64,000 bases of DNA, taken from NCBI RefSeq assembly GCF_000150275.1, contig NW_002060974.1, positions 31,744 through 95,743 on the forward strand, written 5' to 3'. Position numbers and translations under genes: made by a program. Position 1 is the stretch's first letter. Each line of letters opens with the position of its first letter. Under the pieces are notes generated by a model. The model had not been told where the DNA came from. It was given only the letters and a program-made list of their open reading frames with translations, and made no database searches. The stretch is from Trichoplax adhaerens. Lineage: Eukaryota > Animalia > Placozoa. Of this stretch, positions 54,837-64,000 are shown piece by piece.

Positions 54837-56119
54837 CTAATTAGTATCAGTTACAAATCGTTCATCGTCATAGTCAATAACATTATCATCATTTTCATTT
54901 TGATAATCACTACAAGTTTCAGAATCTTCACCATCAAAGTAACGATCTTCTTCATCTTGAGTTCTTACTTTTAAAGAATCGTATTCAACATCATAATCAA
55001 TTTTGCCATAATCAAATTCGGTATCTTCTCCATTTAGAAAGCGAGTTTTCATAATATTTACAAATTCTTGACGAGATCTTGTTTTCTCTTCATCGCTAAT
55101 AACCTTGGTTTGCTCATTCTTATCTAGAATAATAAAATTGTTATTTGATAGATAAAGAATTAGAGGTATGTCTCATTTTCCAAATGCTATGACAACTTCT
55201 TTAACAACACTTCATCCCTACAGTATGATTCTAGGTTCAAAGATATTTACAATAAAGCAGTTTACAGTCTTAGGGTGGCGATTCTATAAGTGACTATTGC
55301 TTTTATGCTACTGTAGTAATTGCTTGTTTGACTAATCAAGTCTCCTGTGTTGGACTCCATTAACGATTGCACTGTTGCTTCATAGACACATAAATACATG
55401 TATGCAATGGGTTATCATGACTCATTCAACAAGTCCAAGCTACAATCTTAATAAACTGTATTTCGTATAAGCCTTCTCGCTATCCTAAAAGAGATGGCAG
55501 TATTACCAGGATCGTTATCATCCTCATCATCATCGTCTTCTTCCTCTTCTGTGATTTCTTCTTCACGTTTTCGACGATGTTCCAGTAATGCCTTGGTTTC
55601 CGATTCATCTAATAGATAGTGCAAATATCCCGATAAAGACACTGCTGAATGGCGCAGAGCAATTTCATTCTTTTCATCGGCTGACAAATATTGACCGATA
55701 TATTGCTCATATAAATATGGGCATCGTTTTCTCATTTCTTCATCATCAAAATAATTACCATCCTCGATTAGTCGTTGCAAACATTCGTAACGTCTATTGC
55801 GTACCCTTACTTTCATTTTAGAATCGTCCAATCCTTCCTTAATTTGACGTAGATAATGACTGATAGTAAAGTTATCGTGGAATTGTTCGAAATACTTGAG
55901 ATGACTTGGATTTAAATATTGGCCAAATCGGAATAGAAATGTTGCAGGTTGATGATGGAGTATTTGCATTAACCGATTCATTTTATCATCATTCGATAGC
56001 TCTTCATCGCCTCTCTGTTGACTTACAATACTGCAGTTGCTGGCAGTAACATGTTTTAACATGGCATTGACTGCCTGGTTATTCTCTAACTTGCTAACTT
56101 GGCTGTTTTCTTCAGTCAT
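54837..56119 (-). CDS. CCDC97: Coiled-coil domain-containing protein 97 (DUF2052), 2 exons
   Basis: SQQRGD, PATFLFRFG, RNRRY..GNYFDDEEMRKRCPYLYEQYIG, acidic tract, RQEFVNIMKTRFLNGEDTEFDY..QDEEDRYFD. Intron ~55125-55506. Confidence 0.9.
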
Positions 56120-56464
56120 TTTGTTCCATACGTAAAATGAATCAAGAACATCAAGGCTAAAGGGAGCAGATCCAACTTCGATTTGCTTATTAGGGGAGAC
56201 TGCCAACAGGAAGCAGATTCAGAGTCGATTCGTACCCTGTCTAATCGTGTATATAGACAGTATGGGTGATTCGGTACTGTATGGAACTTCACACAGTGTA
56301 CACTATCAACTGAATACATGAAATATTCCATGCTTGGCCAGCATACCACTTCAATCTGCTTTACGGTCCAGCATTTCTATAGCATTTATTCACTAGTTTG
56401 GGATAGTCTACTGCATACAATATAGAAGTTCCCAGCTCATCCATTTTTCCTTCAATTCAAGAAT

Positions 56465-57820
56465 ACTACTATCGATGGAGGAACTTTAGCTTTTATAATC
56501 AATCAAATATAAAATGCAATATAGTATATCTATCTCTAGTTATAATTTCTGTTCTTGTTAAGGATACTAGATAGAGGAACTTTAGCTTTTATAATCGATC
56601 AAATATAAAATATAATACATTATATCGATCACTAGTTCTAATTTCCGTTCTTATTCAAGGCTACTATCGATGGAGGAACTTTAGCTTTTATAATCAATCA
56701 AATACAAAATGCAACACTACTGTAGTATATCGATCAGTAGTACAAATTTCTGTTCTTATCAAGGCTACTATCGATGGAGGAAATTTAGCTTTTATAATCA
56801 ATCAAATACAAAATGCAACACTACTGTAGTATATCGATCATTAGTTCTAATTTCCGTTCTTATTCAAGGCTACTATCGATGGAGGAACTTTAGCTTTTAT
56901 AATCAATCAATTACAAAATACAACACTACTGTAGTATATCGATCATTAGTACAAATTTCTGTTCTTATCAAGGCTACTATCGATGGAGGAACTTTAGATT
57001 TTATAAGTAATCAAGTATAAAATGCAGCGCTACTGTAGTATATCGATCCGTAGTCCAAATTTCTGTTCTTATCAAGGCTACTATCGATGGAGGAACTTTA
57101 GCTTTTATAATCGATCAAATATAAAATGCAATATAGTATATCTATCTCTAGTTATAATTTCTGTTCTTGTTAAGGATACTACTGTAGATAGAGGAAATTT
57201 AGCTTTTATAATCGATCAAATATAAAATATAATACAGTATATCGATCACTGGTTATAATTTCCGTTCTTATTCAAGGCTACTATCGATGGAGGAACTTTA
57301 GCTTTTATAATCAATCAAATACAAAATACAACACTACTGTAGTATATCGATCATTAGTACAAATTTCTGTTCTTATCAAGGCTACTATCGATGGAGGAAA
57401 TTTAGCTTTTATAAGTAATCAAGTATAAAATACAACACTACTGTAGTATATCGATCAGTAGTACAAATTTCTGTTCTTTTCAAGGCTACTATCGATGGAG
57501 GAATTTTAGCTTTTATAATCAATCAAATATAAAATGCAATATAGTATATCTATCTCTAGTTATAATTTCTGTTCTTGTTAAGGATACTACTGTAGATAGA
57601 GGAAATTTAGTTTTTATAATTGATCAAATATAAAATATAATACAGTATATCGATCACTAGTTATTATTTCCGTTCTTATTCAAGGCTACTATCGATGGAG
57701 GAACTTTAGCTTTTATAATTAATCAAATATAAAATGCAATACAGTATATCTATCACTACTGTAGTCAAAATTTCCGCTCATATCAAAGATATTCGATAGA
57801 GGAATTTTGACTATTATAAT
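56465..57820. repeat. ~104-bp satellite, ~13 units, with higher-order structure
   Basis: The ACTATCGATGGAGGAACTTTAGCTTTTATAATC unit recurs about every 104 bp. Variant units (GATAGAGG) occur at ~56570, 57186 and 57595. Confidence 0.95.
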
Positions 57821-59263
57821 AATTAGAATTTAGGAAATATGCGTATACGATAATACGAGTTTAATACGATATAAGCGTATCTACCACTAACTAAATACTT
57901 AAATAACTCCATCTTTTATATTGAATGAGACTTTAAGTTTTTATCATTAGCTTATCTCGATTTTTTATGGAAAGCTATCATCTCTGATGTATAACAAGGA
58001 TAAAAAAGTTCCATCAAAAAAGACAATTAGTAATATACTTGTACGTACTAATTTCATGACTTACAGTATATCTCACATTCATAAAGTGAAAAACATGTAG
58101 ATGATTGCTGCTAGTTTCAATATTGTAGTGGATGCGTGACATAACATTTAGAGTTTTAATCGACACAATCAGTCATGGGTACTCTAGTTTCATCAAAAAA
58201 GACAGTCAATACTTTATTGATAGTGTACGAGAGTAGAATAATACCAATCATTTTATAAAGTAAAATAGATTAAAATTAAATTGAATAGGCAAATACAGCA
58301 ATACATAGAATGAAGCGAGGTGGAAAAAAGTACTTTAATTAGTTTCTTGGCTCGGATTGATGTCAATTTCATAACAAAAATGATTTATAGTTAAGAAAGC
58401 AGCTGTAAGATTGTTCAATGACTACATGGCGAAAAATAAAGAATTAGGCTAACATAAAATTTGCTACACAAATACTGGTTCTGGTCATACTATATCATAG
58501 CCTTACCCATCATTTAGTGTCACAATATTCTTTAACGATATTGAGACAACTGATAAACAATTATATTATCAGATTTACCCTAGTATATAATATATCATAG
58601 GGAGAACATAAAAGTGATACAGTACACTGTATCGCAACTGCATGAAATCAATTTTGTATGGCATTTTTAATAAATACAGTTTAAATTCACAAAAATTTTT
58701 GATAGATATTTGATTATTAAGCAAGTCAGTATTAAAGATGGATGATGGTTGTACAACAGGTTAATAGATGTTATAATTCAATAAATAACACATTTATCAA
58801 TTTGACCATCCGGAAGAATTGTAACGACATTGATTTGTATTACTGTTATGATTATCAGCGGGCGCTATTTGTATCTAGTTACTCAAATGAATATAAGCTA
58901 TTCATACAAAGGTATATATCAGATCCAACAAATATTAATATTCTAATAGTAGTTTTATGCTGTAAATACTGTAGGTATTTATGTAAAATATGCCTCATAG
59001 CCAAGACAAATCATAAAAAGCAATTGCGGTATAAAGATTAAAGAAAGGACCGAACCTATTAGTTTGATATCGGAGTAGTTTTTACAAATGATGTTTTTTA
59101 GAGTAGTAGTAGTGCAATCTCATATACTGGAACTAAAAATAACAACTAGGTGATTTCATTCTTACTGTAGTCCGGTAGTTCTGCTAAATTCAATTTGATA
59201 TAAAATTACCTGATAGCTGTAGTATGGATTAGTTATGTTTATATTCTAATTAGCTATTAGTAT

Positions 59264-62200
59264 CTATCCAGAGAAATGATATTGCAGGGCATTATCCCAG
59301 CCTCCAGTCAATTTATGGAACATTTCTTCATCAGCAGCTTGATGGCCCTCTTTTCGCATTGATAAATAAATGTATCCGCCAATAAATTCATGAATAACTT
59401 TGCAATCATTAATAGAGCAAGCGAATGATAGTGTACTCTCATCAAATTCAATTTGTAATTCTCTTATTTCCCAATTTACGTTCCAGGATTTCATTGTACT
59501 GAAACGCCATGTACTCAATATACTGTGACTATGTGGATCCATTCTAACTATTGAATTGTATGTGACTCCTAGTAGTTCCTGTTAAGAGGAACATTTAATC
59601 TCGCTTAGTACACTTTTATTGAAATCGTATAACAAGGAAATACATACAAAGTGTAGTGCAAGGAACACTATTGTTTTTTTTTTATTGATAACATACCGTA
59701 GCTTCTTTTCGTTGATTTCTAAATTTAACGTAAAAGCACGTTGTTGTGCATCCTGGCAAAGCTTCCCAGATTCTGATAAATTTTAATTTTGCATCCACGG
59801 TAGATAATTCAGCAAATGACGATCTCTGTTCAAGAATCATATGTGCAATCTGCGAGATAATAATTTTATGATGTAAGTAAATTTGGGGAACATTTCAACA
59901 TGCGTATAATTTGTTATAATAATGCATCATTTTTATCCATTACTGTTTCATAGCTATAACGAATATCCACATTCTACATACTTGTTTGGTCTTATATTTT
60001 TTTAAGAATGTACCATTTACAAAGTCCTGCGGTTGAACATCTGTCTGCTGCAATGAAAAAGTTTAGTAAAATTAAAGTGTGGAACAGTAATATTACTCGA
60101 CAAATAAACTACGGACAAATAAATACAAATTATTAGTAAAACTACATCACATATGGGTAGATGCCTTAATAACATGTCTGTGACTGTAACAATTTGTGCC
60201 AACAAATATAATATCGATATAAAATCTGCGATCTCAATTGCTAATACAGTTTATTTCTCTTACCAGTCCTATGTCAATGGGAGTTTGCTTTCTTCGCTGC
60301 ATACTTAAAAATGCTAAAATGCTAGAGATTTCTGGATCATAACTACTGTCTGCCATGGTCTTATTTCTTGAAGCTAATCGGAATGCTGCCATCCATTGCG
60401 CATATTGTAATTCCTATCAATAAGTTTAAGTATTTTAGCGATATAAAGCATCATTTAAATTACGTTCTATTTTCAAGGATATTACAGAGTCACAATGATA
60501 ATAAAATATTAGGCTGACCATTATGTAGAAACTACTATTTTATACCGTCTATATGTTACCGTTTCACATAATAAAAGGTGTCCAGAGTCATCATCCGATG
60601 GCAAGACTAATTTAATCATATATTTTCCCTTACTAACGTTGACATCTGGGGTAACTTGACAACCTGTAAAAGATGTAGGTTCTAGGTTAAATCATGTAGC
60701 TAATAGGCTATATGATGGGAATATAGAATGTTACCTTTTAAGCTAAATTTAGCGATAGCTTGACCGCCAGCAACGTCATCTTTATGCTTGTAAAAGGCTA
60801 AAATCATATCTGCGTAAAAATTTCAAAATAAACATGTAATGTAAACTGTTAAAGTAAATCGATATATAAATAGTATTATTAATAATTTACAAGCGTGTTG
60901 TCACTAACCTTTGACAACGCAATAACACTTTTTGAATGATTTTAGAGCAAATCTTTGCTTTCTGTTAAAATAGAGAAAAGGAGAAATATTTTAGCGATGA
61001 CGTCTTTGATTAATGTCAAGAGGATTTATGGTACCAACTTGAAATATTTTAGATAGTCACACAGCTCCGGTATGGTACCGCTGTCCTATAATATATTATT
61101 AGTAAGAAATGGCCTTTATTAGGCTTTCGTTGTATAGAACTTGTAAAGATGGGCGTACAACTAAGTAACTAGTAAGAGATAGCTAACCTGGTTAAGGCCC
61201 TTTCCTGCACCTTCCAAGGATACCTGTATCGATATTTTTCACGTATATCAATATCATGTAGATAAAACAAAGAGTAATAGCAAGCAAATTTTGCGATGGT
61301 GATAGCTATAAAAAAAAAAAAATCTACCTGTAAATCTGAAAGAGCTGCATCAATGTCATCATTGTCATTTGATCGATTTCCACTCTTGTTATCGCACTTT
61401 CCGATGAGGTAAATGTGAAACTGTAATATATTATAAAGTAATCGTTGTAGCTATATCAATAAGTCGATTATTGAAGAATACTGGCATGCTACTTATGCAG
61501 GTCTAATAGAGGCGTTAGTTACCTGTAAAGCGGCAAATTGTATCATTTCTTCATCAGTGCAATCAATATCTTCTGTTAAGGTAGACCACCTAATTTGTTC
61601 ATATAGTTGATTGATTCTAACTTCATCCAACTAATTTAAATTAAAAAAGACGACAATAAAACATGATGCCTTACAAGTAGAATAATAATTGGAGTGAAGA
61701 TAGGACTATACCTTGGTGTTTAATTGGAAAATGTTATGATATTTGAATCGTAATTGAACGGTATCCCCTTCCACTATATCTTGTTCCATTAAAGACCGTG
61801 ATGAATCCAACCAACTAAGGAAAAAAAAAACAATTTTAAGGTTATTCTATCACTACTAGCACTTATTATCGACAAGTACGACTTGGTTTATTTCAATTTA
61901 TTCATCATGATTGAGCTTAATTTGATTCTAACTTACTTGGAATTTTTTTTAACTCGATCACTGAATGAACTATTCTTGAATAATGCACGCAAGATATCTT
62001 GTGAAGGTGTTAGTGGACTATTGGCTAGTGCTTCAGGCCTGACCACCGATACATTTAAGGTATCTAAGCGCGATGAAGTTAGAGCTTGGTTCTGTCCTAT
62101 AGTGGTAAGATTGATTAAAATAGTAGGGAAAGGATAGCATTAGGAGACATTCAGTGGATGATACTGTAAGTCAGTTGATGTCCATCATCAATATTAAGTT

Positions 62201-63269
62201 GATTTAACTTAACTTTTCATAGATCATAGCAGCTAATAGGTTGGTATTATAGAGTAGAATTAAAGTATAGTACTGCATCTTAACGCTCGAGTTATGCAAA
62301 AGAAAGAGCCTCATCTCTGATATCAAAGCGATATGTTACGGAATGATTGAATAGAATTGATCTATAGCATAGTATATTCACGTTTTAATAGTTGAAAGAA
62401 GAGCCTCCTTTTTGATAGAATGGAGCACTCAAAGCTTAGTGCTCCATCTTAACGTTTGAGCAGAAGAAGAACCTCTTCTTTGACATGGTGCGGCAGAATT
62501 AAAGTAGAGTATTGTATCTTAACGTTTTAGTGCTGGAAAAGAGGAGCCTTTTCTTTGATACGATGGAGCACATTCAAAGTATAGTATTATATCTTAACAT
62601 TCTTGTCCTGAGAACGAAGAATCTCTTCTTCATCCAATCGATAGCTTACAGAATGATGGAACATAATCAACGTGAGTACCGTAATAAACTGTATCACCAC
62701 GTTTTAACGCTTTACTAGCGATATAGAAGAATCTCTTTTCTGGCATTTAATGGATAGCTTACAACATCATGAAACACAATTAGTTTATAGCACTGGAAAA
62801 GAAGAATCTCTTCTTTTATATGTAGTCGTTAACTTAAACTGTAATTTCTTACCCGTTGTACTGAGTGAATCGGACTCGTCGTGGACACCGGATATTGATT
62901 TATTGGAATCGTTGGATTTTAAACTGGTATTGATACTACTGTCTTTCTTGGTTACTGTAGCGTTTTGCTTTTTACGTGCACTTGATTTAGTAGTAGGTAC
63001 TCGCATTAATGATAATTCTTCAGGATGTCGAATCCCTAAATCATTGCATAGATACATGACTGCATTGAAAGCGGTCACCGAGAAATCGACTCTCATATCG
63101 TAATACTGTAAATCAGGTAATTGAATCTTCAGAACTTTATGAGTTGGTGTAAAATAAAGATTGGAATCCGCTTGAACACTACAAGCATCGAGTGACATAC
63201 GATGTTGTAATAGCCAACGTTTCTTGGATGGCCACCATAATGCGTGGTCGGACCAATCCATAGGAATAC
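59264..63269 (-). CDS. FERMT2: Kindlin/fermitin (FERM + PH integrin activator); 5' exons lie beyond the window
   Basis: [77 protein letters not shown] domain, [60 protein letters not shown]. Confidence 0.95.
62255..62820. repeat. Degenerate ~75-100-bp tandem repeat (~7 units) in a kindlin intron
   Basis: Recurring ATCTTAACG...GAAGA(G/A)(C/T)CTC.T.TTTGA...ATGGAGCA motif. Confidence 0.7.
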
Positions 63270-64000
63270 CTACAGGCAAAATACAAACGAGAAATGGTTA
63301 CTACAGTAATAAAGCCCTGAAGAAAATCTCTTCAACTTGTTATTATTTCCGATAATTTCATTCAAACTTCAAAGTAGTGTAAAAGTGCCAACAGGGCAAT
63401 AAGTCTATCAAGTAATTAAACTATTTTATCTAATTGAAATCATTTTACTACTGAATGAACAATATCAATAATTTAAATTTATCTTGCAATCCTATGCAAG
63501 AATGTACGTCTATCATCATGACTATTTTCCGCTTTGGCTACGTTGATTCAATGGCCGCTAATGGTTGGACTACGGTATTAAAAATTGGATCGATTGGATC
63601 ATTCATTCGTTCACGCGTCGATAGAAACCTTATGACTGAAATAAAGCGATCTTAGATAGAATAAATTGCCATCGACTCTTATTGATTTCCTCTTTAGCTA
63701 CTCCGATTAAAATCATTCATGGTCCCACTACTGAAAGTTGGATACTATTAGTTGCTATCATTCATCCATAGATTAAAATATCATTGGTTGGCCTCTTTTG
63801 AAAATGGAATCGTTTACACTGTAGGCCAAAGTGTACGATTGCGATTGAACCATCAAGGTAAAAATCTGACCAAAGTAAGACTATCTTTACTGTATGATTA
63901 ATTATGTATAATTATCGATCAATTTTTTCCTCTCTAGTTATACTGATTGAACGATCAAATCGTTGCAAACTGGATACTTTATATCCTTGATCAAATGTTA

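Noticed and set aside
56709-57225. ORFs of 103 and 67 aa
   Set aside because: They are translations of the 104-bp satellite.
59470-59500. Kindlin integrin-binding QW motif reads SW
   Set aside because: The Trp is retained and the preceding residue varies among invertebrate kindlins, so this is not unusual.
61215-61224. GTATCCTT (U12 donor consensus) on the minus strand in kindlin
   Set aside because: It is the first bases of a coding exon (VSLEG) that aligns with kindlin, not an intron start.

Overview
AT-rich, intron-dense eukaryotic (animal) genomic DNA. The compact genes with many ~70-150 bp GT-AG introns and the intronless rhodopsin-family GPCR suggest an early-branching metazoan, most likely a placozoan (Trichoplax-like); that assignment is inference. 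The window opens with the 3' end of a 28S rRNA gene and a tandemly repeated spacer. No new rDNA unit follows, so this looks like the edge of an rDNA array, with a small fold-back (MITE-like) element at the border. A run of housekeeping genes follows: MRPS12(-), AP5M1(+), a class A GPCR(+), WDR26(+), DTL/CDT2(-), INTS7(+), MTA(-), PIGH(+), CCDC97(-) and a 5'-truncated kindlin/FERMT(-). The main unexplained signal is dense, self-complementary TACAGTA/TACTGTA arrays at the 5' ends of these genes, especially between divergent pairs. Also notable: the head-to-head DTL-INTS7 pair, arranged as in human, with E2F/CCAAT motifs; several young and old tandem-repeat arrays at promoters and in introns; and a lysine-less opsin/melatonin-receptor-like GPCR. 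Gene models were spliced by eye, so the 5' exons of MRPS12 and DTL are tentative.
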